From an uncultured Fibrobacteraceae bacterium (GTDB taxonomy: Bacteria; Krumholzibacteriota; Krumholzibacteriia; LZORAL124-64-63), in assembly GCA_964617805.1 (NCBI GenBank), contig CAZTWK010000001.1:95050-159049 (forward strand): a stretch of 64,000 nt of DNA, given 5' to 3'. The position numbers were made by a program, and so were the translations under genes. Position 1 is the first letter of the stretch. The number at the start of each line of letters is the position of its first letter. Under the pieces are notes generated by a model. It ran no database searches. It saw only the letters and a list, made by a program, of their open reading frames with translations, and was not told where the DNA came from. Below, piece by piece: positions 52,488 through 62,339 of this stretch.

Positions 52488-53220
52488 TTTCCAGGGGTAA
52501 TCCCGTTTCGGGTGTCTCTGCCTTGCCTTCCATCTTCAGGAAGATCTCGACGCGCCGGTTGGTGGCCCGCCCCTCTTCCGTAGCATTCGTCTCCAGGGGC
52601 CTGAATTCACCGTAGCCGACGGCGCTCATCCGCTGCGGATTCACGCCCAGCTCCTGGAACCTGCGCGCCACCGCGATGGCCCGCGCCGCCGACAGCTCCC
52701 AGTTGGAAGGGAAGCGCGGCGTGTTGATGGGCACCGAATCCGTGTGGCCCGAGATGTCTATGTCCTTCCCCATGCCGTCCAACAGGCCGCCGATCTTGTC
52801 CAGGAGCTTGAGCGCCCCCGGCTGCAGGTCGGCCCGCGCCGAGGGAAACAGGAACGAGTCGACCACGCGCAAGCGGATCCCGTCGGCCATCATCTCGATC
52901 TCCACCGCCTGGTCCAGGCCCTCGTCGAGCAGGAACTGTTCCAGCTTCTTGATCTGGTAGTAGATCTCGCTGGTGTCGGTCTGCCGCGCCTCGTGGACGA
53001 CCATGTTCTGCAGATCGATCACCGTGTTGTACTTGGCCAGCACGCCCAGCGCGCCCTGCAGCGACTCCATGGCCTCCTTGAACTTGGACTCCTGGATCGA
53101 GGAGAAGCTCACGAGCAGGATGAAGAAGGTCAGCAGCAGCGACATCATGTCGCCGTAGGTGACCACCCAGCCGGGGATCCCCGCTTCGGGCGGCGGGCAC
53201 TTGCACTTCTTCTTACCCAT
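52465..53220 (-). CDS. motB: flagellar motor stator protein MotB (OmpA-like peptidoglycan-binding)
   Basis: N-terminal TM with conserved Asp (WVVTYGDMMSLLLTFF), C-terminal OmpA-like domain (ISGHTDSVPI...LSAARAIAVARRF). Confidence 0.9.
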   Translation of the reverse strand: MGKKKCKCPPPEAGIPGWVVTYGDMMSLLLTFFILLVSFSSIQESKFKEAMESLQGALGVLAKYNTVIDLQNMVVHEARQTDTSEIYYQIKKLEQFLLDEGLDQAVEIEMMADGIRLRVVDSFLFPSARADLQPGALKLLDKIGGLLDGMGKDIDISGHTDSVPINTPRFPSNWELSAARAIAVARRFQELGVNPQRMSAVGYGEFRPLETNATEEGRATNRRVEIFLKMEGKAETPETGLPLESAGADNG

Positions 53221-53235
53221 GGCTCACGTCCTCGC

Positions 53236-54021
53236 TCACGCCGCCATACCGCCCTTCTCGTCCTCGAGCTTGGCCTGGACGCTGGGCATCAGGAAGGACT
53301 TGAGCTTCTCCTCCACGATGCGCGGCGAGTCGCCGCTCTGGATGGCCATCACGCCCTCGGTCACCATCTCGCGGATCATGACCTCCTCGCGCGAGCGCGA
53401 TTCCAGCTTGCCCGCCAGCGGCAGGAAGAAGGCGTTGGCCATGACCGCCCCGTAGAAGGTGGTCAGCAGGGCGACCGCCACGCCCATGCCGATGGTGCTG
53501 GGATCGTCCAGCGTGGCCAGCATGTTGATCAGGCCGACCAGGGTGCCGACCATGCCGAAGGCCGGCGCGAAGGTGCCGCCGGACTCGAGGATCTTGCGCC
53601 CCTCCAGGTGCCGCGACATCTGCTGCTCGATGTCGGTCTCCATGATCTGCTTGAGCAGGGCGGGGTCGTTGCCGTCCACCGCCAGGCGCAGCCCCTTGCG
53701 CAGGAAGTCGTTCTCCTCGTTCTCGGCGTGCTCCTCCAGGGCCAGCATGCCCTCCTTGCGCGCCTGCTCGGCGTAGCCCACCAGCTTCTCGATGTAGGCC
53801 TTGGGATCGCCGGTGGCGACCATGAGCGTCTTCTTGAGGATGGCGATCACGCCGATGACCTTGGCCAGCGGGTAGTTGGCCAGCAGGGCCATGATGGTCC
53901 CGCCGATGACCATGATCATGGACGGCACGTTGACGAACTGGGTGAGGGAACCGCCCATCAGGATGGCCCAGATGATCAGGGCCCCCGCTCCGACCACTCC
54001 TATCAGTGTCGCGATATCCAC
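53236..54021 (-). CDS. motA: flagellar motor stator protein MotA
   Basis: MotA/TolQ/ExbB four-TM topology; GTG start with AAGGG SD; adjacent to motB. Confidence 0.85.
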   Translation of the reverse strand: MDIATLIGVVGAGALIIWAILMGGSLTQFVNVPSMIMVIGGTIMALLANYPLAKVIGVIAILKKTLMVATGDPKAYIEKLVGYAEQARKEGMLALEEHAENEENDFLRKGLRLAVDGNDPALLKQIMETDIEQQMSRHLEGRKILESGGTFAPAFGMVGTLVGLINMLATLDDPSTIGMGVAVALLTTFYGAVMANAFFLPLAGKLESRSREEVMIREMVTEGVMAIQSGDSPRIVEEKLKSFLMPSVQAKLEDEKGGMAA

Positions 54022-54051
54022 GTCATGCCCTTCGCTGCGCGCTCTGCGCGG

Positions 54052-54285
54052 TTACGATCCGTCGGCATCGAATGCGTTGTCCGGTCCGCCGACCGGCACC
54101 GGGTGGCTCCGCGAGAGCCGCCGGTACTCGACGATCTTCTGCACGACGGACTCCATGTCCTCCTTGACCATGACCTTGCGGCCCGTGGTCAGGGTCAGCA
54201 GGGTGTCCGGCGTGCTCTCGACGAACTCCACCAGGTCGGCGTTGATCACCAACCGGCTGCCGTTGAGCTTCGTGACGTTAATCAT
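54052..54285 (-). CDS. flbD: flagellar protein FlbD
   Basis: 77 aa MINVTKLNGSRLVINADLVEFVE...TGRKVMVKE matches the FlbD family; placed between flgE and motA as in spirochetes/Firmicutes. Confidence 0.8.
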   Translation of the reverse strand: MINVTKLNGSRLVINADLVEFVESTPDTLLTLTTGRKVMVKEDMESVVQKIVEYRRLSRSHPVPVGGPDNAFDADGS

Positions 54286-54316
54286 CGAATCAACTCCTCA
54301 CTCGCCCCCGCGGCCG

Positions 54317-56413
54317 CTACCGCAGCATCGAGACGATCTCCTGCAAGATCTGGTCGCCGGTGGTGATGACCTTGGCGTTGGCCTGGAAGGCGCGCTGCGC
54401 CACCACCATGTTCGTCAGCTCCTGGGTGAGGTCCACGTTGGAGCCCTCCAGGGAGCCGGAGACTATGAAGGTGCCCGTCGCGCCCCCGGCGAAGCCGTGG
54501 ATCGACGAGCCCGAGTTGCCGCTGGACTGGTACGTGTTGCCCTCGCTGCGCTGCAGCCCCTGGTAGTTGGGGAAGCGCGCCACGCCGATCTGGGCGAGCG
54601 TCTGCACCGTGTCGTTGGAGAAGCGGCCGATCACCATGCCGTCCGTGTTGATCTCGTAGTCGAGCAGCTGCCCCACCGTGTAGCCGTCGGTGATGGACTG
54701 CAGCCCGCCCTGGGCGGCGTACTGGGTCAGGCCGTTGAAGTCGCCGAACTGGCCCACGTCGATCTGCATCGTGATCTCCTGGGCGCCCACGTCCCCGTCC
54801 GGCTGGGGCCGGAAGGTCAGGCCGCCCGCGTCGTCGGTGTAGCGGAAGGCGATGATCTCGCCCGCGTCCGAGAAGCTGACGGTGCCGGTGCTCCCCTCCA
54901 CCATCTCCTCGTTGCCCTCGAGTTCGGCCACCCAGTTCCACTCGTTGCGGCCCACGACCTTGGTGAAGGTGAAGAGCACGTTGTGCACTTCGCCCAGGGA
55001 GTCGTAGGCGGCGGCCGAGGCCGTGAAGGTCTGCCCGTCGGAGGCCTCGCGGATCTCGGCGAAGTTGAAGGAGGTCTCCAGCACGGGATTGACCTCGCCC
55101 ACCTCGCGGATATCCACCTGGCCCAGGGAGTTCTCGGTGCCGATCTCGCCGTCCATGACGATCTCGCCCTGGCTGTTGATGGTCACCGGCTCGGTGGAGA
55201 TGCCGAAGGCGATCTGGAAGCCCGTCAGCAGGTCGGCCACCGTCGTGGTGTCGTCGACGACCAGGGTGTGCGAGGGCGCCACGGTCTCGCCGACCGAGCC
55301 GCTGATGCTGATGTTGGTCGTGGGATTCAGGGGCGACACGTTCAGGTCCAGGGCCTGTCCGTTGCTGTTGTAGAGCTCCACCAGCAGGTCGTCCGTGGTG
55401 GCGGCCGCCCGGATCTGCCCCGCCTCGCGGGCCGCGTCGTAGGTGGTGCCCGTGCCGCCCGCCGCGATGGTGTTGCTGAAGCGGAAGGACTGGTTGAAGT
55501 CGGAACGGCTGGGCACGGTCAGCTGCAGGTTCTGGATCGAGGCCGTGCCGCTGCCGTTGGTCAGCTCCAGGGAGCCGTCGGTGGCGATGGCCACGCTGAT
55601 CTCCCCCGGGTTGAACTCGGCCATGGACTCCAGCGACGAGGCGATCCAGGCCGTCAGGTCGTTCAGGGTCGTGCCCGAGTTGCCCACCTCGAAGCTGGGC
55701 ACCGAGACCTGCGTGGGCGCGCCGTCCATGACCATGCCGGTCAGGGCGATCTCGTCTCCCGCCACCAGGCCCATGGCGTCGCCGTTCTGGGCGTAGAGCC
55801 CCGTCAGGTCGTCGCCGCCGGTGACCGCGGCCATGAAGTGGGCCGACTCCAGGACGGAACCCTCGGCCTCCGACGCCGCGTCCAGGTTGCCGAAGAGCCG
55901 GACGCTGCTCGAGGCCGAGGCCGGCACGGTCATGCTCGGGTCCACGAAGAGGTCGCTGAACTGGCCGTTGGTGATCTCGCCGGTGGCGTCGGCCATCAAC
56001 CCCTGCAGGCGCATGCCCGTCGAGGGATCGACCATGAAGTTCTCCGAGTCGAGGCCGAAGGCGCCCGCGCGCGTGTAGTAGCTGCTGTGGCCGTCGCTGA
56101 GGATGAAGAAGCCGTCGCCCTGCAGCGCCAGGTCGTTGGCCAGGCCCGTGGTCTGCAGGTGGCCCTGGTTGAAGCGCGAGTCGATGGTGCCGATGGACGA
56201 CCCCAGCCCGATCTGCTGGGGATTCATGCCACCGCGGCCGCCCGAGACGGGACGCTGGGCCGGGCGAATGGTCTGGCTCATCATCTCACGGAACGTGACG
56301 CGCGACGACTTGTAGCCAACCGTATTGGCGTTGGCGATGTTGTTGCCGATCACGTCCAGTTCGATGGCGTTGGAGCCCAGTCCCGAGATGCCGGCGTAAA
56401 GGGATCGCAGCAT
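54317..56413 (-). CDS. flgE: flagellar hook protein FlgE
   Basis: N-terminal MLRSLYAGISGLGSNAIELDVIGNNIANANTVGYK and C-terminal ...DLTQELTNMVVAQRAFQANAKVITTGDQIL rod/hook family motifs; 698 aa. Confidence 0.9.
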   Translation of the reverse strand: MLRSLYAGISGLGSNAIELDVIGNNIANANTVGYKSSRVTFREMMSQTIRPAQRPVSGGRGGMNPQQIGLGSSIGTIDSRFNQGHLQTTGLANDLALQGDGFFILSDGHSSYYTRAGAFGLDSENFMVDPSTGMRLQGLMADATGEITNGQFSDLFVDPSMTVPASASSSVRLFGNLDAASEAEGSVLESAHFMAAVTGGDDLTGLYAQNGDAMGLVAGDEIALTGMVMDGAPTQVSVPSFEVGNSGTTLNDLTAWIASSLESMAEFNPGEISVAIATDGSLELTNGSGTASIQNLQLTVPSRSDFNQSFRFSNTIAAGGTGTTYDAAREAGQIRAAATTDDLLVELYNSNGQALDLNVSPLNPTTNISISGSVGETVAPSHTLVVDDTTTVADLLTGFQIAFGISTEPVTINSQGEIVMDGEIGTENSLGQVDIREVGEVNPVLETSFNFAEIREASDGQTFTASAAAYDSLGEVHNVLFTFTKVVGRNEWNWVAELEGNEEMVEGSTGTVSFSDAGEIIAFRYTDDAGGLTFRPQPDGDVGAQEITMQIDVGQFGDFNGLTQYAAQGGLQSITDGYTVGQLLDYEINTDGMVIGRFSNDTVQTLAQIGVARFPNYQGLQRSEGNTYQSSGNSGSSIHGFAGGATGTFIVSGSLEGSNVDLTQELTNMVVAQRAFQANAKVITTGDQILQEIVSMLR

Positions 56414-56445
56414 GAGGTCCTCCTTATCCTCTGACTCACCTGAAT

Positions 56446-57090
56446 CTAGATGCCAACCTTGGCAATTTCAGAAGCGTAGTAATCCCGGCCGCCGATGCTC
56501 AGCAGGGCCAGGTTGTTCTCGAAGCGTATGCTCTGGACGATCCCCGACATGTAGGTGACCGCCGAGACGTCGTTGCCCGCCCGGTCCGTGACGCTGACCG
56601 ACACCGTGTAGGCTCCGTCCGCCGCGGTGTCGCCGCCCTCGAGGAGCCCGTCCCAGCTGACGTCGTTCCAGCCGGGGGCGACTTCCTGCGTGTAGGAGGC
56701 CACCACGGTCCCGCTCTCGTTGGAGACCTCGATGGTGGCGACGCCGCCGGCCGAGGCCTGGATCTGGCTGGACGAGACCTCGCCGTCGCTCACGTTCAGT
56801 TCGGTGCCTGCGACCACGGCGTGCTTGCCGACCAGGCCGAGCAGCATGGTGTTGTTCAACGACTGGGAATAGACCATGTTCTGCTCGAGGCTCGCGTTCA
56901 TGGTCGTGAGCTCCTCCAGCATCGCGAACTGGGAGAGCTGCGAAGTGAACTGGGCGTTGTCCAGCGGATCCAGCGGGTTCTGGTTCTGGATCTGCGTGAT
57001 GAGCAGCTGCAGGAACTGGTCCTGCTGGGCCTCGCTGGTACCGGTCGTCGTGGTGGACGTGGCGCCGTTGCCCACGGGACTCACGTTCAT
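56446..57090 (-). CDS. flgD: flagellar hook capping/assembly protein FlgD
   Basis: N-terminal QDQFLQLLITQIQNQNPLDPLDNAQFTSQLSQFAMLEEL signature; C-terminal FlgD Ig-like domain. Confidence 0.85.
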   Translation of the reverse strand: MNVSPVGNGATSTTTTGTSEAQQDQFLQLLITQIQNQNPLDPLDNAQFTSQLSQFAMLEELTTMNASLEQNMVYSQSLNNTMLLGLVGKHAVVAGTELNVSDGEVSSSQIQASAGGVATIEVSNESGTVVASYTQEVAPGWNDVSWDGLLEGGDTAADGAYTVSVSVTDRAGNDVSAVTYMSGIVQSIRFENNLALLSIGGRDYYASEIAKVGI

Positions 57091-58358
57091 GACTCACCTC
57101 CCCGTTCTTTCTCGTCCTGCGCCTCGCGGCGCTCTTCCTCGCGGCGGTTGCGTTCCCGCTGCTCGGACTGATTTCGTTTCTCGGCGTCCTCGCCCTCGCG
57201 TTCCACCGCGATCTCGACCTGCTGCCAGCTCGAGTTCTGTCCCAGCAGCAGCTCCTGCAGCTGGCCCGCGCCGTCCTGCAGCGCGCGTGCGGCGACCGCG
57301 GACTCCACGCGGAAGGTGAGCGAGAGGCGTCCGGCGTCGCGCGTGAAGCGGACCTCGACGCGGCCCAGCTCGGGCGGCGTCAGGGAGAGCCGCAGCGATC
57401 CCTTGCCGCCCAGCCCACCGAGGCGGCCCGCCATCTGCGAGAGGACCTGGGCGCGAACCTGCTGGGAGATCTGGGCGCTCGCCTCGGGCGCGGCCGGTTC
57501 GGCGAGGACGGCCTCGGCGGTGGCCCCGACGGACGCGGGCTGCGGCGCCGGCGTCGCGAGGGGCTGGGGATCGAAGGCGATCGTCGCCGCGGGCTGGAAC
57601 TCCGGTGGCGGCGTCGCCTCGGCGCCGTGGCCGACGGCCGCCCGCGCGACGCCCAGGTCGGACATCTCGCGCGTCGCGGCGGAATGCGGTGTGTCCGGAA
57701 CGGGCGGTGGCGTTTCCGTCTTCGCCTCGACCGCGGGCGCGGGCGGGAGCGACGGCCGGTCGTCCGTCTTCTGGATCCGGGCCGCCGCCTGTTGCAGCTG
57801 GCCCTGCTGGCCGAGCAGGCGGGCGTAGCCGGCGTCCCGGGTCGGGACCTGCGGTACGTCCGGCGCCGGCTCGGCGCGGGTGCCGTGCGTCGGGACGGCG
57901 GGCTTGGCCGCCCCCCCGTCCGTCGTGACCGGGATCGGTTTCGGGATGGTCTCCCCCGCGTCCTGGGGCCGTGTGACCGGAACGTCGGCGGGACGGACCT
58001 GGACGGGGATCGGCGCGGATTTGACCTCGCCGGTCGCGGGTCGCTGGGGCGCGGAGGCCGGTTCGCGGACCGGCGCCTCGCCGGGCGCGGATTTCGCCCC
58101 GCGCCGGGCGTCGGGGGCCGCCGGACGCGCCTGCGGAGCCGCCGGGTCGTCCGCCGGTCGGCGGGTCGAGGGCGCCGTCTCCTCGCGCGGCCGTTCGGCC
58201 GGCTTCTCGGTCCGGGACGGCTGTTCCGCGCCCAGCATGCGCTCGAAGCCGCCCTGCTCGGCGGCCAGGGTCACCGCCACGGCGATATCCGAGCGCTGTC
58301 GCTTGTGGAGCTCGCGGGCGGTGCCGATGATGTCCGTGTTGCCGACTGCTTGCATCAA
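57087..58358 (-). CDS. fliK: flagellar hook-length control protein FliK
   Basis: Pro/Ala-rich central ruler region and conserved C-terminal domain (LRLSLTPPELGRVEVRFTRDAGRLSLTF...). Confidence 0.8.
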   Translation of the reverse strand: MMQAVGNTDIIGTARELHKRQRSDIAVAVTLAAEQGGFERMLGAEQPSRTEKPAERPREETAPSTRRPADDPAAPQARPAAPDARRGAKSAPGEAPVREPASAPQRPATGEVKSAPIPVQVRPADVPVTRPQDAGETIPKPIPVTTDGGAAKPAVPTHGTRAEPAPDVPQVPTRDAGYARLLGQQGQLQQAAARIQKTDDRPSLPPAPAVEAKTETPPPVPDTPHSAATREMSDLGVARAAVGHGAEATPPPEFQPAATIAFDPQPLATPAPQPASVGATAEAVLAEPAAPEASAQISQQVRAQVLSQMAGRLGGLGGKGSLRLSLTPPELGRVEVRFTRDAGRLSLTFRVESAVAARALQDGAGQLQELLLGQNSSWQQVEIAVEREGEDAEKRNQSEQRERNRREEERREAQDEKERGGES

Positions 58359-58894
58359 CTACGTCCCTTCGCGCTCAGGCGGGTGCTTATCTCGGCCGCC
58401 AGTACGGGGCTCATGTTGGCCAGGATCTTGGCGGCCTGCCGGTCCTTCATGTTGGAGAGGATCGACATGACGATGTCCAGATCGAGGCTGGCCAGGATCG
58501 GAGCCGCGCTGGCGGGCTTCATGGCCTCGTAGACCTTCGAGAGCTTGGCCGCCTGGGCGTCGCGATCCTGGTTGAGGGTCTGCTGGGCCGATTCCAGCTG
58601 GGCGATCATCTCGAGCATCTTCTGGTCGCGGGCCTGCAGGTTCTTCTCCTCGATCTCGTAGACGGCGCTGTAGCCGATGAGCGCCTCGCTCTCCCGTTGC
58701 AGCTTGTCCTTCTCGACGGCCAGGTTGGCGAAGACCAGCGCGGCCGCCTCGTCGTCCAATCCGCCCGTCTCGTTGTTCATGTTCCGGCTGAGGTCGGCCA
58801 ATGCGGCCTGGAAGAGGCCGTTGGTGAACAGGATGACCCCGAAGATCACCAGGAAGGTCAGGGTCGAAACGATGGCGATGGTCTTGGCGTTCAT
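58355..58894 (-). CDS. YlxF/FlbB-like flagellar protein with MgtE_N-like domain
   Basis: N-terminal TM helix, coiled-coil, C-terminal PILASLDLDIVMSILSNMKDRQAAKILANMSPVLAAEISTRL (MgtE N-domain-like). Sits between fliJ and fliK as ylxF in B. subtilis and flbB in spirochetes. Confidence 0.6.
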   Translation of the reverse strand: MNAKTIAIVSTLTFLVIFGVILFTNGLFQAALADLSRNMNNETGGLDDEAAALVFANLAVEKDKLQRESEALIGYSAVYEIEEKNLQARDQKMLEMIAQLESAQQTLNQDRDAQAAKLSKVYEAMKPASAAPILASLDLDIVMSILSNMKDRQAAKILANMSPVLAAEISTRLSAKGRS

Positions 58895-59322
58895 CTGCCG
58901 CTCCCGCGGGAAGCCACTTCGTCGGTGCGTTTCTGTTCGAGCCGTCGCTGCTGCAGGGCCCAGGCCGCGCGATGACGGTCGCGCAGGAGTTCCAGCACCC
59001 GCTTGTCACGCTGGGCGGCCAGCAGGACCCGCCGCTGCTTGTCGGCCCGCTTGCGGATGGACCGGATCTCCTCCTCGTTGTGGAGGATCATCAGCCCCTG
59101 CCCTCTCGTGAATTCCGTCACTTGTCTTTTGCGCTCCAGGTCTGCATCCGTGACGACCGGCGTCTCGGTCCGCGACAGCTCCTCGCAGCGCGCCGCTCGT
59201 GCGGCGTTGTCGCGCTCCAGGGTGTGCGCAGCGGACTCGATCGCATGCAGTTTCCGTGCCTCGGCCTCCATGCGGCGGCGGCGATGTCTGAGCACCTTGT
59301 CGAGCCTGAAGCGGAACTTCAT
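58891..59322 (-). CDS. fliJ: flagellar export protein FliJ
   Basis: 143-aa charged coiled-coil protein directly downstream of fliI. Confidence 0.7.
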   Translation of the reverse strand: MKFRFRLDKVLRHRRRRMEAEARKLHAIESAAHTLERDNAARAARCEELSRTETPVVTDADLERKRQVTEFTRGQGLMILHNEEEIRSIRKRADKQRRVLLAAQRDKRVLELLRDRHRAAWALQQRRLEQKRTDEVASRGSGR

Positions 59323-59325
59323 TCA

Positions 59326-60639
59326 TCACCCCGTAGCCAGTGCCACGACGTCAGTTATGGCCTTGTCCCATTCCGACTTATCCGGCACGGCCTGGCAGAG
59401 GAAGGCGCGCAGGGCGTCCTGCTTGGCCAGGGCCGCGTCGACGATGGGATCGGAACCGGTCACATAGGCGCCGATGTTGATCAGATCCCGGTTCTCCTCC
59501 AGGGCCTTGAGCCAACGCAGGACCGTGATGCCGGCCGCCTGGACCGAGTCGTCGACCACCGAGTTGCGCAGCCGGGATACGCTGCCCAGCACGTCGATGG
59601 CCGGGTAGTGTCCCTGGCGCGCCAGGTCGCGGCTGAGCATGACATGCCCGTCGAGGATCGAGCGCATGGCGTCGCCCACCGGGTCGTTCTCGTCGTCGCC
59701 CTCGATCAGCACGGTCATGAAGGCCGTGATGGCGTTGTCCTCCGTCCAGCCGGACCGCTCGCAGAGCTTGGGCAATGCGGCGAAGACCGAAGGCGTGTAG
59801 CCCTTGGTGGTGGGCGGCTCCCCGACGGCCAGGCCGATCTCGCGCAGGGCCATGGCGTAGCGCGTCACCGAATCCATCATGAACAGCACGTTGTCGCCGT
59901 TGTCGCGGAAGTGCTCGGCGATGGTCATGGCGGTCTCGGCGCCCTTGACCCGCAGCACGGCGTTCTCGTCCGAGGTGACCACGATCACCACGCTGCGCGC
60001 CAGCCCCTCGGGGCCCAGGTCGCGCTCTATGAACTCGCGCACCTCGCGGCCGCGCTCGCCGATCAGGGCCACCACGTTCACGTCGGAGACGGCGTTGCGG
60101 GCCAGCATGCCCAGCAGCACGCTCTTGCCCACGCCGCTGCCGGCGAAGATGCCCATGCGCTGCCCGCGGGCCACGGTGACCAGCGAGTCCATGGCCCGCA
60201 CTCCGGTCACGAAGGGCTCGGTCATGCGGCGGCGCTTCATGGCCTCGGGCGGCTGGGCGGTGACGAAGCGTTCGTTGACCTGCTCGAGCGGCGGTCCGCC
60301 GTCGATGGGGCGGCCGAGGCCGTCGAGCACGCGTCCGAGCAGGCAGCGGTCCGCCGGCACGGTGAGGCGGTTGGAGACGACGGCCACCTTCTGTCCCGGC
60401 GCGATGCCGGCCAGGGTCTGGTAGGGCATCACCAGGGCGCGTCCGCTGCGGAAGCCGATCACCTCGCCCATCACCGGCACGCGAGAGCGGCCGGTGTCGA
60501 CGCGGCAGACCGAGCCCACCGAGGCGCTCAGACCGCGCACCTCGATGGACAAGCCGACGATGTTCTCGACCGTCCCGGTGACCCGGATGGTGTCGGTGCG
60601 CTTGACCTTGCGGATGGTCTCCGCCCAGGGCAGGCTCAA
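59326..60639 (-). CDS. fliI: flagellum-specific ATPase FliI
   Basis: Walker A GSGVGKSVLLGM, F1/V1-ATPase-like catalytic core. Start re-called to TTG 60639 (MSLPWAETIRKVK...) with GGAGG 7 nt upstream, overlapping the fliH stop (TTGA). Track's 82-aa Arg-rich extension rejected. Confidence 0.85.
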   Translation of the reverse strand: MSLPWAETIRKVKRTDTIRVTGTVENIVGLSIEVRGLSASVGSVCRVDTGRSRVPVMGEVIGFRSGRALVMPYQTLAGIAPGQKVAVVSNRLTVPADRCLLGRVLDGLGRPIDGGPPLEQVNERFVTAQPPEAMKRRRMTEPFVTGVRAMDSLVTVARGQRMGIFAGSGVGKSVLLGMLARNAVSDVNVVALIGERGREVREFIERDLGPEGLARSVVIVVTSDENAVLRVKGAETAMTIAEHFRDNGDNVLFMMDSVTRYAMALREIGLAVGEPPTTKGYTPSVFAALPKLCERSGWTEDNAITAFMTVLIEGDDENDPVGDAMRSILDGHVMLSRDLARQGHYPAIDVLGSVSRLRNSVVDDSVQAAGITVLRWLKALEENRDLINIGAYVTGSDPIVDAALAKQDALRAFLCQAVPDKSEWDKAITDVVALATG

Positions 60640-61337
60640 GATGTGACCTCCGGGGTCTCGACCTTGTCCAGGATGCTCTCGCGGACGATCTCCGACAGCT
60701 TCTCGAAGCGGCCGCCCACGGTGTAGTCCCACTCCTGGCCGTCGGAGGTGATGACGCAGCCGCCGCGCTCGATGCGCCGGTCGGCCTCGACCGCGACGAT
60801 GTTGAGCGAGGTCAGCTCGTCGGGGCGCTGCTTGAGGAACTGGGTGTCCTCGGGGTGTGCGATGACCGTGAACTTGGTGCCGCACTTGGCGCTGAAGATG
60901 ATGGTCTCGATGGCCTTCAGCACCGCCTGGTCGTCAAACTCGACGGAGCGCCGCAGGATCTGCTCGGACATGGCGATGGACAGGTCCACCGCGCTGCGGG
61001 AGATCCGCGTGAGCTCCTCGTCGATCCTGGTGTCGAGGGTCTCGGACAGTTCCTCGAGGAAGGCGTGGGCCTGCTCGCGCCAGCGCTCGTTCTCCTCCAC
61101 GAGTTCGCGGGTGATCTCGGCGCGGATCTCGCCGTCCACCAGCGCGTAGAGGGCGTCGCGTTCGTCGTCGTCCAGCCGGTTGAGGAAACTCGTGAGGCCG
61201 TCCTGCGGGAAGTCCTCGACGAAGTCGAGCACCTGCCCGTCCGTCGCGGTGGCCGGGGCGGACGCCGGGGCGAAGGTGGCCTCGGCAGCTGCGGCGGAGG
61301 CTTCGGCGAAGAGTTCGTCAGGTGACCAGTGAGGCAC
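60636..61337 (-). CDS. fliH: flagellar assembly protein FliH
   Basis: 233 aa, acidic N-terminus, C-terminal FliH/ATP-synthase-b-like domain (…RGGCVITSDGQEWDYTV…); GTG start overlapping the fliG 3' end by 20 nt. Confidence 0.75.
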   Translation of the reverse strand: MPHWSPDELFAEASAAAAEATFAPASAPATATDGQVLDFVEDFPQDGLTSFLNRLDDDERDALYALVDGEIRAEITRELVEENERWREQAHAFLEELSETLDTRIDEELTRISRSAVDLSIAMSEQILRRSVEFDDQAVLKAIETIIFSAKCGTKFTVIAHPEDTQFLKQRPDELTSLNIVAVEADRRIERGGCVITSDGQEWDYTVGGRFEKLSEIVRESILDKVETPEVTS

Positions 61338-62322
61338 CGCCGCCCCCCCTGCCGAGAACGATCACGCCTTCGTCCATCAGGCGCCGCACGACCGAGACGA
61401 TCTTCATCTGCGACTCCTCGACCTCCTGGATGGGCACCGGGCCCATGTACTCCATGTCCTCCTCGATGCCCGCGCGGGCGCGCTTGGACATGTTCTTGAA
61501 GATCTTCTCCTGGATGTTGTTGGGCGTCCCCTTCAGGGCGGTGGCCAGTTCCTTGCCCTTGACCTCCTTGAGGATCTCCTGGATGTAGTGGTCGTCCAGG
61601 TTGATCAGGTCCTCGAAGACGAACATCAGGTTCTTGATCTCGGTGGCGCACTCGTCGTCGATGTCGCGCACGTCGTCGATGATCTCCAGCCACGATTCCT
61701 GGTCGATCTCGTTGAGGATGGCCGCCACCTGCTTGCGGCCGCCGAAGGCGCGGGCCTCGCCGGAGATCTCGTCGCGGACGAGCGAGCTGAGCGTCTCCTC
61801 GACGATCTTCAGGGCCTGGTTGTTGGGCTTGTCGAGGGTGGCCATGCGGTGGGCGATGTGCCCCTGCAGGTTGCCCGGCATGAGCTGGATGATGGGCCCG
61901 CTGCTGCGCGGATCCACGTAGGCCAGCACCAGGGCGATGGTCTGGGGGTTCTCGTTCTTCAGGTAGTTCATGACCGTCAGGTTGTCGACGCGCTTGAGGT
62001 TGTCGAAGCCCTGCATGTCGCTGAAGCCGGTGGCCCGATTGAGCACGGAGTCGGCCTGGCGCTTGCCGAGGGCCTCCTCCAGGATCTCCAGGGCGGAGTT
62101 CTCGCCGCCGAACTCGACGCCCGACGAGCGGCGGCGCAGATCGATGAACTCCTCCAGCGCGTCGGACTTGTCGTCGGTGCCGATGAGGCTGATCTCGGAG
62201 ATCTCGGCCGTCACCCGCTCGAGGAGTTCCTCGGGCAGGCGCTTGATGACCTGGCCGGCGACCTTGGGCCCCAGCGAGACCATCAGGATGGCGACCTTGC
62301 GGATGGTGGCTTTCTCAGGCAA
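61318..62322 (-). CDS. fliG: flagellar motor switch protein FliG
   Basis: 334 aa, FliG middle and C-terminal domains (charged-ridge region …MPGNLQGHIAHRMATL… / …RARAGIEEDMEYMGPVPIQEVEESQMKIVSVVRRLMDEGVI). Confidence 0.9.
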   Translation of the reverse strand: MPEKATIRKVAILMVSLGPKVAGQVIKRLPEELLERVTAEISEISLIGTDDKSDALEEFIDLRRRSSGVEFGGENSALEILEEALGKRQADSVLNRATGFSDMQGFDNLKRVDNLTVMNYLKNENPQTIALVLAYVDPRSSGPIIQLMPGNLQGHIAHRMATLDKPNNQALKIVEETLSSLVRDEISGEARAFGGRKQVAAILNEIDQESWLEIIDDVRDIDDECATEIKNLMFVFEDLINLDDHYIQEILKEVKGKELATALKGTPNNIQEKIFKNMSKRARAGIEEDMEYMGPVPIQEVEESQMKIVSVVRRLMDEGVIVLGRGGGGASLVT

Positions 62323-62339
62323 TGCTCAAGCTCCGTTGC

